Source of the DNA: Candidatus Woesebacteria bacterium
GTDB lineage: Bacteria; Patescibacteriota; Microgenomatia; UBA8517
Direction of reading: 5' to 3'
DNA length: 36,698 nucleotides
NCBI GenBank assembly: GCA_016181165.1
Contig: JACOZU010000003.1
Span: forward strand, 1-36,698
Shown: in pieces, positions 1 through 9,403 of the stretch
Layout: every line of letters starts with the position of its first letter
How positions within the stretch are numbered: position 1 is the stretch's first letter
Made by a program: the position numbers and the translations under genes
Notes under the pieces: generated by a model
What the model was told of the DNA's origin: nothing
The model's database searches: none
What the model saw: only the letters and a program-made list of their open reading frames with translations

Positions 1-25
1 AAAAAAATGTTAAAATAAAATCCAT

Positions 26-205
26 ATGAAAGTTCTGGTTACTGGCGGGGCAGGTTTTATCGGGTCTCGTGTTCAGAGGTTACTCCTTGACCAAAAACAT
101 CAAGTAACAGTTATTGATGATCTATCAAAAGGATATAAAAATCTTGTAGAACTTATTACCAAAGCCCATCTTGATGGTTTTTATTTTAAGTTTGACTATT
201 TTTGA
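26..205 (+). pseudogene. Truncated NAD-dependent epimerase/dehydratase (GalE-like), N-terminal fragment, 59 aa
   Basis: Not in the ORF track. Manual translation gives [41 protein letters not shown]..., with the extended-[11 protein letters not shown] motif and VxVxDDLSxG. Resemblance ends near codon 41 and TGA is at 203-205, whereas family members are ~300 aa. Confidence 0.85.
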
Positions 206-220
206 GTAGTATGATATAAT
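192..220 (+). promoter_or_regulatory. Near-consensus sigma70 promoter
   Basis: TTGACT (192-197), 17 nt spacer, TATAAT (215-220), with extended TG at 212-213. Confidence 0.75.
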
Positions 221-224
221 GTAA

Positions 225-578
225 ATGCCCAAAAAATTCCGAAAGAAGGCGGACAAAGTGGCGGAACATTTCAAAGAAATTTTTTCTAACTGTAAAGGCG
301 TAATCAGACAATGCCGATGCTTCTTCGACCAATATAAAAAAACTGTCTATAGTCTCTGCCAAAATTGCCTTAGCAGAGGCGTACAACCAAAGCCTCATAT
401 GAATATAACCAAAGTTATAGACTTAACAGCCGATTATAATGTGCGACGAGTAACCATGCCTTCGAGTCTGATTGCAAATGCTTTTAAGTTTGAAGAGTTA
501 CCGGGGCTAATTACTCCCGAAGGGAAACACCTTAAGGTCTCGGAGCAAGAAACTAAAACTCCCAAGGTGAAACTCTAG
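225..578 (+). pseudogene. Chimeric ORF: Cys-rich unknown N-terminus fused to a LemA-like C-terminal tail
   Basis: The last ~55 aa (VIDLTADYNVRRVTMPSSLIANAFKF...ETKTPKVKL) follow the LemA C-terminal pattern YN..x..P..LIA..F.F....P.V.F. The ORF sits directly upstream of htpX, the usual lemA position. The LemA N-terminal TM anchor and helical core are absent. Confidence 0.65.
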
Positions 579-599
579 AGATGGGAATAACACATCGGA

Positions 600-1547
600 A
601 TGATTAACGTCTACGAGGCCCAAGCGGCCAACAAAAGAAAAAGTGCCGTAATCATTGCACTCTTTATTCTCTTTGTGACGGTGTCCGTCTACTTCATTTC
701 TCAGGCCATGGGAGTTTACTTTGGATATGAGCCTGGAGGCTTGGGCGTTGCCGGCCTTGCTTTTATCATCTCGGGCCTAATTACCTTTGTAAGTTATTAC
801 GCAAGCGACAAAATAGTTCTCTCCATTTCAGGAGCTAGGCCGGCGGACAGGAAAAAGGATTTTAACTTTTATACAGTTACTGAAAACTTAAGTATTGCGG
901 CGGGACTTCCCAAGCCCAAACTTTATGTTATTGAAGACTCCGCTCCCAACGCCTTTGCGACCGGCAGGGACCCAGAACATGCCGTCGTCTGCGTGACCTC
1001 CGGTCTACTTCAAAAACTAAACAGGACGGAACTTGAAGGAGTGATTGCTCACGAACTCTCCCATATCAAAAATTTCGACACGCGACTGATGTCGATAGTA
1101 GCCGTTCTGGTAGGAATGGTTGCACTTTTGGCCGATATTTTCCTGAGAACGAGTTTTCGTGGCGGAAGAAGCGGCAGAAGAGAAAGTGAGGCAGCAGCAA
1201 TATTTCTTGTCTTGGGCCTAGTCTTTGCCATTCTTTCCCCAATAATTGCCCGACTCATTCAGCTGGCGGTTTCAAGAAGACGCGAGTTTTTTGCCGATTC
1301 CTCTTCGGTGGCGATGACCCGACAACCCAGCGGGTTAATTTCAGCCTTAAAAAAGATTGCCGCCGACCATGAACCTCTGGAAGCGGCCAATAAAGCCACG
1401 GCCCATCTTTACATTGTCAATCCTTTTAAAAGTGACACGGGCGGCGTTAGCCCTGAGCAACGTCGAAGGGTTGACTGGTTTGCCAATCTATTTAATACCC
1501 ATCCTCCTCTCTCGGAGAGAATTGCGGCCCTCACTAAGATGGTTTAA
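600..1547 (+). CDS. htpX: Membrane zinc metalloprotease HtpX (M48)
   Basis: PNAFATG, HELSH, SRRREFFAD and THPP..ERI motifs, plus TM segments. Confidence 0.95.
   Translation: MINVYEAQAANKRKSAVIIALFILFVTVSVYFISQAMGVYFGYEPGGLGVAGLAFIISGLITFVSYYASDKIVLSISGARPADRKKDFNFYTVTENLSIAAGLPKPKLYVIEDSAPNAFATGRDPEHAVVCVTSGLLQKLNRTELEGVIAHELSHIKNFDTRLMSIVAVLVGMVALLADIFLRTSFRGGRSGRRESEAAAIFLVLGLVFAILSPIIARLIQLAVSRRREFFADSSSVAMTRQPSGLISALKKIAADHEPLEAANKATAHLYIVNPFKSDTGGVSPEQRRRVDWFANLFNTHPPLSERIAALTKMV
1446..1475 (+). repeat. REP-like palindromic element inside htpX
   Basis: GTTAGCCCT-GAGCAACGTCGA-AGGGTTGAC is an imperfect inverted repeat with a CCTGAGCnnnGTCGAAGG core. A related degenerate copy lies at 35328-35349 (-). 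Confidence 0.6.
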
Positions 1548-1556
1548 GATAAGCTC

Positions 1557-1868
1557 ATGAGCAAGCTTACAAAAAAAGACGTAGAACACGTAGCGGGCCT
1601 GGCTAAATTACCTCTTTCCGACAAAGAAATAGAGACATACGTTAGGCAACTAGATGAAGTCGTTAACTATATTGGAGAGCTTAATGAAGTTGATACCAAA
1701 AATACCGAGCCGACGAGTCAAACGACCGGACTGGAAAACGTTACCCGAGCCGATGAATTGAGACCCCGACAATCTCTGACTGACGAAAGTGCTCTGTCAG
1801 GAACCGAAGCAGTCCACAACGGTTATTTCAAAGTTGAAGCAATATTGACCGAAAGGGGCGACAAATGA
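1557..1868 (+). CDS. gatC: Asp/Glu-tRNA amidotransferase subunit C
   Basis: V.HVA.LAKL, L.EVDT....PT, NV.R.DE and GYFKV motifs; overlaps the gatA start. Confidence 0.95.
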   Translation: MSKLTKKDVEHVAGLAKLPLSDKEIETYVRQLDEVVNYIGELNEVDTKNTEPTSQTTGLENVTRADELRPRQSLTDESALSGTEAVHNGYFKVEAILTERGDK

Positions 1869-3268
1869 ACTTGCCGTTGACGATAAAAGAAACACAGGCG
1901 GGGCTAATGGGGAAAAAGTTCAAGGCGGCCGAGATAGTGAGAGAGTACTTAGAAAGAATTAAAAAACACGACCAGGGAATCAACGCCTTTTTGACGATTT
2001 CGGAAGAGCAGGCTTTTGAGGCGGCGGCTAAGGTCGATCGATTACTTGAAAATTCAGGAAAGGATGCTTTTAGCCAATATCCTTTATTGGGTGTTAGCCT
2101 TGCTCTCAAAGATCTTTTCTTGACTAAAGGAATAAGAACTACGGCCGGTTCAAAAGTTTTGGAATCGTACGTTCCTGCTTACTCGGCCACCGTGGTGACG
2201 AAACTGGAAAAAGCCGGTACTATTTTAATTGGAAAAACCAATTGTGACGCTTGGGCCCACGGAGCCTCCGGCGAAAATTCAGACTTCCGCCCGACAAAAA
2301 ATCCTTGGCAGCCCGAATTTGTTCCGGGTGGCTCCTCAAGCGGTTCGGCCGCGGCCATCGCCGCCAATTTTTCTCTCATCGCAACAGGAACAGACACGGG
2401 GGGATCGATCAGGCAACCGGCGAATTTTTGCGGGGTGGTGGGACTTAAGCCCACCTACGGAGCCGTATCCCGCTACGGAATAATTGCCATGGCTTCATCT
2501 CTTGATTCGGTGGGTCATTTTGCCAGAACCGTTAACGACGCAAGACGCGTTTTTGAGGTTACCAAAGGAGAAGACGGACTCGACTCCACAGTTAAGAATG
2601 CTAGCCCTCAAAAGCCGAAGAGTTCCAAGTTAAGAATAGGGATTCCCAGGGAATATTTTGCCCAAGGACTTGATAAAGAAGTAGAAAAATCGGTTTTTAC
2701 CGCCGCCCATGTTTTAGAAAAAGAAGGGGTTGAACTTGTCGAAGTTAGTCTTCCACACACCAAATACGCAATCTCAGTTTATTACATAGTCCAGCCAGCA
2801 GAAGTTTCTTCAAACCTGGGTCGATACGACGGAATTAGATACGGCAACGGCAGAAATTCTTTCGGGGCCGAGGCAAAAAGAAGAATCATGCTGGGAAGCT
2901 ACGTTCTTTCCTCAGGCTATTACGATGCCTATTATCTCAAGGCGATGAAAGTTCGTTCGAAAATCATTCAAGATTTTGAACAAGCATTCGATAATGTCGA
3001 TGCCATTTTGGCCCCCGTTTCTCCAACGCCGCCTTTTGCCTTGGGAGAAAAAGCTGATAACCCCCTTCAGATGTATCTGGCCGACATTTTAACCGTGGCC
3101 GGAAACTTAGCCGGGATTCCTGGGCTAGCCATTCCCAGCGGTTTTACGAAAAAAGGTCTACCTCTGGGATTTCAGCTTTTAGGGCCTAGGTTTTCGGAAG
3201 AGACACTTTTTTCTCTGGGAGAACGTTATCAGCAATCTACCGATTATCAGCCGAAAGTCGCCATTTAA
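1865..3268 (+). CDS. gatA: Asp/Glu-tRNA amidotransferase subunit A
   Basis: Amidase signature: KD, PGGSSSGS, GTDTGGSIRQPA, and the GatA-specific EVSSNL.RYDG and KRRIMLG..LS.GYYDAYY. Confidence 0.97.
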   Translation: MNLPLTIKETQAGLMGKKFKAAEIVREYLERIKKHDQGINAFLTISEEQAFEAAAKVDRLLENSGKDAFSQYPLLGVSLALKDLFLTKGIRTTAGSKVLESYVPAYSATVVTKLEKAGTILIGKTNCDAWAHGASGENSDFRPTKNPWQPEFVPGGSSSGSAAAIAANFSLIATGTDTGGSIRQPANFCGVVGLKPTYGAVSRYGIIAMASSLDSVGHFARTVNDARRVFEVTKGEDGLDSTVKNASPQKPKSSKLRIGIPREYFAQGLDKEVEKSVFTAAHVLEKEGVELVEVSLPHTKYAISVYYIVQPAEVSSNLGRYDGIRYGNGRNSFGAEAKRRIMLGSYVLSSGYYDAYYLKAMKVRSKIIQDFEQAFDNVDAILAPVSPTPPFALGEKADNPLQMYLADILTVAGNLAGIPGLAIPSGFTKKGLPLGFQLLGPRFSEETLFSLGERYQQSTDYQPKVAI

Positions 3269-3276
3269 TTTTAGCC

Positions 3277-4548
3277 ATGGTTGATATTTTTAAACCTATT
3301 CTAAAAAATTCAAAGTTTGTACATCTTTGGGTATCGCAGTTATTCTCGCAGCTTGCCATAAACATCATGAATTTCCTTTTACTGGTCAGAATTTTTACAA
3401 TAACAGGCTCGACGATTGCCGCCTCCTTACTTTGGGTTTCCTACGCCTTGCCGGCAATATTAATCGGGCCGATAGCGGCCGCTTCTGTCGATATGGTTGC
3501 CAGAAGAAAGATGTTGATGATAACCAACTTTTTACAATCTTTGGTGATATTGCTGTATGCCCTGGCCCACACCGAGCGCTTTTTCCTTCTTTTCGGGGTT
3601 GCCTTCGCCTATTCTTTTCTTAACCAGTTTTATGTTCCCGCCGAGCAGGCTTCCCTACCGGGTATTGTCCCCAAACGTCTTCTGCCTCAAGCCAACAGCC
3701 TTTTTTTTCTTACGCAGCAGTCGGCCCTGATCGCGGGTTTCGGGGTGGCCGGCGTTTTAAATAAATTTTTAGGATTCGAATATTCTCTTTATCTAGTGAG
3801 CCTCTTCCTTTTACTGGCTTTTATCAGCGTCAGTTTCTTACCTGAACTGGCAACCCGAGAAAGATTGCCGGAGAGTTTTGAAAAAGGGATTATTAAGTTC
3901 TTTTCAAGAATAGTCGAGGGTTATAAGTTTATTAAAGAAAATAAAAACATCCTTGCCCCGTTTCTTCTTCTCATGGCGATGCAGATTGCGGCGGCCGTTG
4001 TCGTTGTCAACGTGCCGGTCCTGGCGGTAAATATCTTCAAAATAAGTATCAACTCGGGGGGGCTCCTGATCGTCGTCCCGGCAGGACTCGGAGCCATAAT
4101 CGGCTCGACCTTAGTCTCGAAACTTCTTAAGGGGGGGCTAAGAAAGAAAAGGGTTATTGAGACCTCGCTGTTTTTGATTTCTCTGGCGATACTATTTCTT
4201 GTCTTTATTACCCCCGAAGTTTCCGGCTGGGTCAGAATTTTCATTGGGGCATTGATAGTTATGGTGATGGGGGCTTCCTTTGTCGGAGTGATGATACCTT
4301 CCCAGACTTTTTTGCAGGAGGCTACCCCCGGAGGGATGAGGGGGAGAGTTTTCGGAAACTACTGGTTCCTGGTTACCCTGGCAACGATATTCCCGGTTAT
4401 TTTCTCCGCCACCCTAACCGAGCTTTTCGGTATCCAGTTTCTTTTCGTAATACTGGCCGGACTTGCCCTTAGTGGTTTCATCGTTTCCAAAAAATATGGC
4501 CAAAAGTTCATAGAAAGTGAATTTTCGCTAAACCATGAAGAAGAGTAA
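3277..4548 (+). CDS. MFS transporter (12 TM, DHA3/H+ antiporter-like)
   Basis: About 12 hydrophobic segments, F..LW.SQ start, motif A variant VDMVARRK, and LQEATP..MRGRVFG. Confidence 0.9.
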   Translation: MVDIFKPILKNSKFVHLWVSQLFSQLAINIMNFLLLVRIFTITGSTIAASLLWVSYALPAILIGPIAAASVDMVARRKMLMITNFLQSLVILLYALAHTERFFLLFGVAFAYSFLNQFYVPAEQASLPGIVPKRLLPQANSLFFLTQQSALIAGFGVAGVLNKFLGFEYSLYLVSLFLLLAFISVSFLPELATRERLPESFEKGIIKFFSRIVEGYKFIKENKNILAPFLLLMAMQIAAAVVVVNVPVLAVNIFKISINSGGLLIVVPAGLGAIIGSTLVSKLLKGGLRKKRVIETSLFLISLAILFLVFITPEVSGWVRIFIGALIVMVMGASFVGVMIPSQTFLQEATPGGMRGRVFGNYWFLVTLATIFPVIFSATLTELFGIQFLFVILAGLALSGFIVSKKYGQKFIESEFSLNHEEE

Positions 4549-5881
4549 CCAGCTTCGCAAGAATAACCAGCTACGCTATAAAAATTTCACCGCCGTCATT
4601 GGCCTAGAGGTTCATATTGAGCTTTCCACCAAGAGCAAAATGTTCTGTGGTTGCTCGGCTGACCATTTCGGCAGGCTCCCCAATACCCAAGTTTGTCCTG
4701 TTTGTTTGGGCCTTCCCGGGGCCCTCCCTTATGTCAATAAGGAAGCCCTCTTATCAACCCTAAAACTGGGCCTTGCCTTTGGCGCCCAAGTCAACAATTT
4801 TTCCAAGTTTGACAGGAAACACTACTTTTATCCCGACCTACCCAAAGGCTATCAAATTAGCCAGTATGATATTCCGCTCTCCCAAGGGGGGAAAATTGGA
4901 GAAATTAGAATTAGAAGGATTCACCTTGAAGAAGATACGGCCAAACTCGTCCACCAAACGCTTGACGGCAAAAAAGTTTCCTTAATTGACTTTAATCGAA
5001 GCGGCGTACCCCTGGTCGAACTGGTCACCGAGCCCGATTTTAACGACCCAAAGGACGTTGTCGGGTTTGTTAAAGAAGTTCAGTTAATCGCCAGGTATTT
5101 GGGAATTTCTTCTGCCGACATGGAGAAAGGCAGTATGCGCCTTGAAGCTAATGTTTCGGTTGCCAAAGACGCTAAAGTTCCCGACTACAAAGTCGAGCTC
5201 AAGAACATCAATTCTTTTAAGTTTTTAGAGAAAGCGATCGTTTTGGAAATTGCTAGACAAATAAAACTGATTACCTCGGGGGAGGCGGTGGTTCAAGAAA
5301 CAAGAGGCTACGATGAGGCCAAAGGGACCACTTTTTCCCAAAGAACAAAGGAAGAGGCCCAAGACTACCGTTATTTCCCCGAGCCGGACATTCCTCCTTT
5401 GAGATTTTCAGACGAGCTCGTTAAAGAAATTAGCCGGTCCCTGCCTGAGCTTCCAGACCAAGTCAGAAAACACCTAATAAGTGAGTACGGGGTAAGAGCC
5501 GATTATTCGGAGATTATCCTCGCCGATAGAAAAAGAGTCGAATTCTTTGAAAAGGCCGCGGGGCTGGGAAGAGAAGAAAATATCTCGCCAACGCTCATTG
5601 CCGAACTGATGGTTAATAAAAACATGGACAAAGATTTTCCGGAAGCGACGGGCTTAATTAAAAGAATTCTTGAACTGACCCGGAGGCAATACGCTAAAGC
5701 CAACGCTGTCGAAAAGGCGGTCAAAAAGGTGGTCAGAGAGAATCAGAAACCGGTTAACGACTATGGCCAAGGCAAGGTAGCCGTCTTAGGGTTTTTGATC
5801 GGCTTGGTTCAAAAGGAACTCAAAGGAAAGGGAGATTCCAAGATGATTAAAGACTTACTTGTTGTAGAATTAGAGAAATGA
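4535..5881 (+). CDS. gatB: Asp/Glu-tRNA amidotransferase subunit B
   Basis: IGLEVH..L.TKSKMFC, FDRKHYFYPDLPK.YQISQ, HLEED, RTKE.A.DYRYFPEPD. Confidence 0.97.
   Translation: MKKSNQLRKNNQLRYKNFTAVIGLEVHIELSTKSKMFCGCSADHFGRLPNTQVCPVCLGLPGALPYVNKEALLSTLKLGLAFGAQVNNFSKFDRKHYFYPDLPKGYQISQYDIPLSQGGKIGEIRIRRIHLEEDTAKLVHQTLDGKKVSLIDFNRSGVPLVELVTEPDFNDPKDVVGFVKEVQLIARYLGISSADMEKGSMRLEANVSVAKDAKVPDYKVELKNINSFKFLEKAIVLEIARQIKLITSGEAVVQETRGYDEAKGTTFSQRTKEEAQDYRYFPEPDIPPLRFSDELVKEISRSLPELPDQVRKHLISEYGVRADYSEIILADRKRVEFFEKAAGLGREENISPTLIAELMVNKNMDKDFPEATGLIKRILELTRRQYAKANAVEKAVKKVVRENQKPVNDYGQGKVAVLGFLIGLVQKELKGKGDSKMIKDLLVVELEK
4541..4576 (+). repeat. 18-bp tandem duplication at the gatB 5' end (KSNQLR/KNNQLR)
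   Basis: AAGAGTAACCAGCTTCGC followed by AAGAATAACCAGCTACGC, 16/18 identical. Confidence 0.85.
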
Positions 5882-8800
5882 AGGTTGCCAAGTTTGTCCA
5901 CCTGCATGTTCACACCGAATATTCGCTTCTCGACGGTCTTTCAAAAATAAGCAAGCTTTTCACGCACGTTAAGGAAAGCGGGATGGACTCTCTCGCAATT
6001 ACCGATCACGGGACAATGTATGGAGTCGTGGAATTTTACAAAAAAGCCCTTAAGGAAGGTATTAAGCCAATTATAGGCATGGAGGGCTATACCACCAATA
6101 TTAATCATCGGGAACGCCCCGAGAGAGGTAAATTCCAAAACTTTCACTTGCTTCTTCTGGCTAAAGACAAAGAGGGCTATCAAAATTTAATGAAGATAAC
6201 CTCCATTGCCCATCTGGAGGGCTATTATTACAGGCCTAGGGTAGACCGGGAAACACTAGCCAAATATTCAAAAGGGTTAATTTGCACTTCAGCCTGCGCG
6301 CAAGGAGAAGTTGCCCAAGCTCTAATTTCCGGTAATTTTGAAGAGGCCAAGAAAGCGGCGGAGTGGTTTCAGGACATTTTTGGCAAAGATTATTACTTGG
6401 AAGTCCAAAGACACGACTACGGGAAATTTATTGCTGATGTCGAAAATGCCCAGATTAGAAGCGAGCTTGCTAAAATGGCCGAGAATGAGAAAGCCATTTT
6501 TCTTGGGGTTAAAAAGCTAAGCCGGGAGCTGGGGATTCCCATCGTTGCCACCAACGATGCCCACTACGTCAAGGCCGAGGAGGCTACTGCCCAAGATTCT
6601 CTTGTTTGTATCGCCACCGCCAAAAACGTCAGCGACGTCACCCGCCTTCGTTTTATCGATTCTCCGACTTATTACCTTAAAACTCCCAAAGAAATGGCGG
6701 AGCTCTTTTCCGACCTTCCGGAAGCTTTAGAAAATAGCGTCAAAATTGCCGGAAAGTGCGACGTCTCCATCTCTTTAGATAAATGGTTTTTTCCGAAGTA
6801 CGAGCTTACAGAAGGCAAAACTCCGGAAGCTGAATTGACGCTAAGAGCCCGAGAGGGGCTAAAAGAAAAATTGGGAAAACCGACCAAGGAAGCGATTGAA
6901 AGACTCGACTATGAACTAGATACCATCAAGAAAAAGGGCTATTCGACCTACTTTTTAATAGTTTCCGACGTTGCGCGCTGGGCCGCGGAGAAAGGAATTA
7001 TAACCAATACCAGAGGCTCTACCGCAGGCTCCCTCGTCGCATTTGCTTTGGGCATCGTCAGTATTAACCCCTTAACCTACGAGCTTCCTTTTGAAAGATT
7101 TTTAACTCCATGGCGACCGTCCCCTCCCGATATCGACTTTGATATAGCTGATGATAGGCGCGAGGAAGTGATTAATTATATTGGAGAAAAATACGGGCAC
7201 GATAAAGTCGCTCAAATTTGTACATTCGGAAGGATGCTAGCAAGAGCAGCCGTTAGGGATATTGCCAGGGTTTTAGGCTATCCCTATTCAGCGGGTGATA
7301 GGATTGCGAAGCTAATTCCCTTGGGTTCTCAGGGCTTTCCCATGAGTATTGAAAAAGCGCTGGTGGTTTCCCCGGACCTTAAGAACCTTTATGACGGGGA
7401 CAACGACGCCAAAAAAATTATAGAGCTTGCCAAGCAAGTTGAAGGAAATGCCAGGCACATTTCTGTTCATGCCGCGGGGCTGGTTATAGCCCCCACCGAA
7501 ATTACCGATTTTACCCCTGTCCAGCTCGATCCGGAGGGTCAAAAAGTAATTACCCAATATGACATGGATGCACTCGACCCCAATGTTTCTCCTGGTGAAG
7601 CAATCGGGCTTCTCAAGTTTGATTTATTGGGCCTAAGGAACCTTTCGATTCTGGGGGCATCAATTGAGATTGTCAAAGAAACCAGGGGTGTGGATATAAA
7701 CCTGCGAACAATGCCAGTGGACGATAAAAAGACATTCGAGATGCTTTCTCGAGGAGACACAATGGGAGTTTTCCAGCTATCTGGCAGCGGCATGACCAGA
7801 TACTTAAAAGAACTTAAACCGACAAGAGTTGAGGATTTAATGGCGATGGTGGCTCTCTACCGTCCGGGACCGATGGCCCAGATTCCCGCCTACATTGAAA
7901 GAAAGAATAACCCCAAAAAAATCTCTTTTTTTGACCCAAGAATGAAGGACTACCTGGAAAAATCCTACGGACTGATGGTTTATCAGGACGACGTTTTTAC
8001 CACCGCGATAAATATAGCCGGCTACACCTGGGAAGAGGCAGATAAGTTTAGGAAAGCGGTCGCAAAGAAAATACCGGCCGAAATGGAAAAGCAGAAGCAG
8101 AAGTTTCTCGACGGAGCCCAAGGGAAAGGGATGAAAAAAGATAAAGCTGACGAACTCTTTAGACTAATCGAGCCTTTTTCTGGGTACGGCTTTAATAAAG
8201 CTCATGCGGCCTCTTACGGAATGGTTGCTTATCAAACCGCCTATATGAAAGCCCATTATCCAGTGGAATTTATGGCAGCCCTTCTAACCGCAGAATCCAA
8301 CGACGCCGAGAAAATTTCGGCTGCAGTTAATGGCTGTAGGAGAATCGGGGTTAAAGTTCTTCCTCCGGATATTAACGAAAGCGAAATAGGCTTTAAAATT
8401 GTACCCGACAAAGATTCTATGGATAGCCGTGCCATCAGGTTCGGCCTCTCGGCCATTAAAAATGTCGGTAATGCCGCCATAGAGGCAGTTCTTGAGGCCA
8501 GAAAAAACGGCAAGTTCACTTCATTTGCCGACTTTTTGGCTAGAGTTGACGCCAGGCGTGTCAATAAAAGGGTTTTGGAAAGCCTGATTAAAGTGGGCGC
8601 TCTTTCTTCATTCGGAGGAAGGGCAGCTCTTCTTTACTCGATAGACGAGATCAGAAATAGGGTGGCCAGACCAAAGGGTTCCGCCGGCCAACAGGACCTT
8701 TTCGGCGAAAGCGACATCGTTAAATCAAAGAAATCCGCCTCCGCCCTCATTAGGGCCGACGTCTCAGAGTTTTCGCAGGATGAACTTCAGACGCTGGAAA

Positions 8801-9375
8801 GGCAACTACTCGGCTTTTCTTTATCGGCAAAACCCCTGGGAGAGCTTATAAGTCCTTTTTCCCATGAGGCCACCCATAAGATTTTTGAAATCTCTCCCCA
8901 CGAAAGTCTGGGTGAAAATGTTAGAATAGCCTGTGTGGTGACCCAAATCAGGATTGTGGTGACAAAAACTTCCGGAGCCGAAATGGCCTTCGTTAGAGTG
9001 GAGGATGATACGGGCAGTCTTGAGCTCGTCGTTTTCCCTAGAATCTTTAAAGAAACAAGAAGCTATTGGGTTGACTTTAAACCCCTGCTTATTTCAGGAA
9101 GGGTCGACTCCCGAGAGGAAACGCCGACCCTGATAGTTGAGGCAATAAAGACACAGGATCAAGTCGAGGAAGGCAAAAAAGACGTATATATAAAAATTCC
9201 AGCCAAAGTAGGATCGGAAGAATTAAGAAAATTAAAGTCACTTCTTCTGGCTAATCCCGGAGACATGTCCGTTACTTTGGTTTTTCAAGGAAATGCCAAA
9301 AAAGTAAGCCCCTCATTTAAAATTGCCTGGACCGAGGAGTTGGCCAAAAGTATCGCCGATATCCTTGAAGGCTAG
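5878..9375 (+). CDS. dnaE: DNA polymerase III alpha subunit
   Basis: PHP domain HLHVHTEYSLLDG, RGS.AGSLV, catalytic PDIDFD, KFD.LGL, YGFNKAH, and a C-terminal OB fold. No intein-sized insertion. Confidence 0.98.
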   Translation: MKVAKFVHLHVHTEYSLLDGLSKISKLFTHVKESGMDSLAITDHGTMYGVVEFYKKALKEGIKPIIGMEGYTTNINHRERPERGKFQNFHLLLLAKDKEGYQNLMKITSIAHLEGYYYRPRVDRETLAKYSKGLICTSACAQGEVAQALISGNFEEAKKAAEWFQDIFGKDYYLEVQRHDYGKFIADVENAQIRSELAKMAENEKAIFLGVKKLSRELGIPIVATNDAHYVKAEEATAQDSLVCIATAKNVSDVTRLRFIDSPTYYLKTPKEMAELFSDLPEALENSVKIAGKCDVSISLDKWFFPKYELTEGKTPEAELTLRAREGLKEKLGKPTKEAIERLDYELDTIKKKGYSTYFLIVSDVARWAAEKGIITNTRGSTAGSLVAFALGIVSINPLTYELPFERFLTPWRPSPPDIDFDIADDRREEVINYIGEKYGHDKVAQICTFGRMLARAAVRDIARVLGYPYSAGDRIAKLIPLGSQGFPMSIEKALVVSPDLKNLYDGDNDAKKIIELAKQVEGNARHISVHAAGLVIAPTEITDFTPVQLDPEGQKVITQYDMDALDPNVSPGEAIGLLKFDLLGLRNLSILGASIEIVKETRGVDINLRTMPVDDKKTFEMLSRGDTMGVFQLSGSGMTRYLKELKPTRVEDLMAMVALYRPGPMAQIPAYIERKNNPKKISFFDPRMKDYLEKSYGLMVYQDDVFTTAINIAGYTWEEADKFRKAVAKKIPAEMEKQKQKFLDGAQGKGMKKDKADELFRLIEPFSGYGFNKAHAASYGMVAYQTAYMKAHYPVEFMAALLTAESNDAEKISAAVNGCRRIGVKVLPPDINESEIGFKIVPDKDSMDSRAIRFGLSAIKNVGNAAIEAVLEARKNGKFTSFADFLARVDARRVNKRVLESLIKVGALSSFGGRAALLYSIDEIRNRVARPKGSAGQQDLFGESDIVKSKKSASALIRADVSEFSQDELQTLERQLLGFSLSAKPLGELISPFSHEATHKIFEISPHESLGENVRIACVVTQIRIVVTKTSGAEMAFVRVEDDTGSLELVVFPRIFKETRSYWVDFKPLLISGRVDSREETPTLIVEAIKTQDQVEEGKKDVYIKIPAKVGSEELRKLKSLLLANPGDMSVTLVFQGNAKKVSPSFKIAWTEELAKSIADILEG

Positions 9376-9403
9376 AGCCTAGCTAGTGTACAATAGCCCC
9401 AGC

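Noticed and set aside
5878..9375. Intein or split in dnaE
   Set aside because: Length and motif order are ordinary, with no intein-like insertion.
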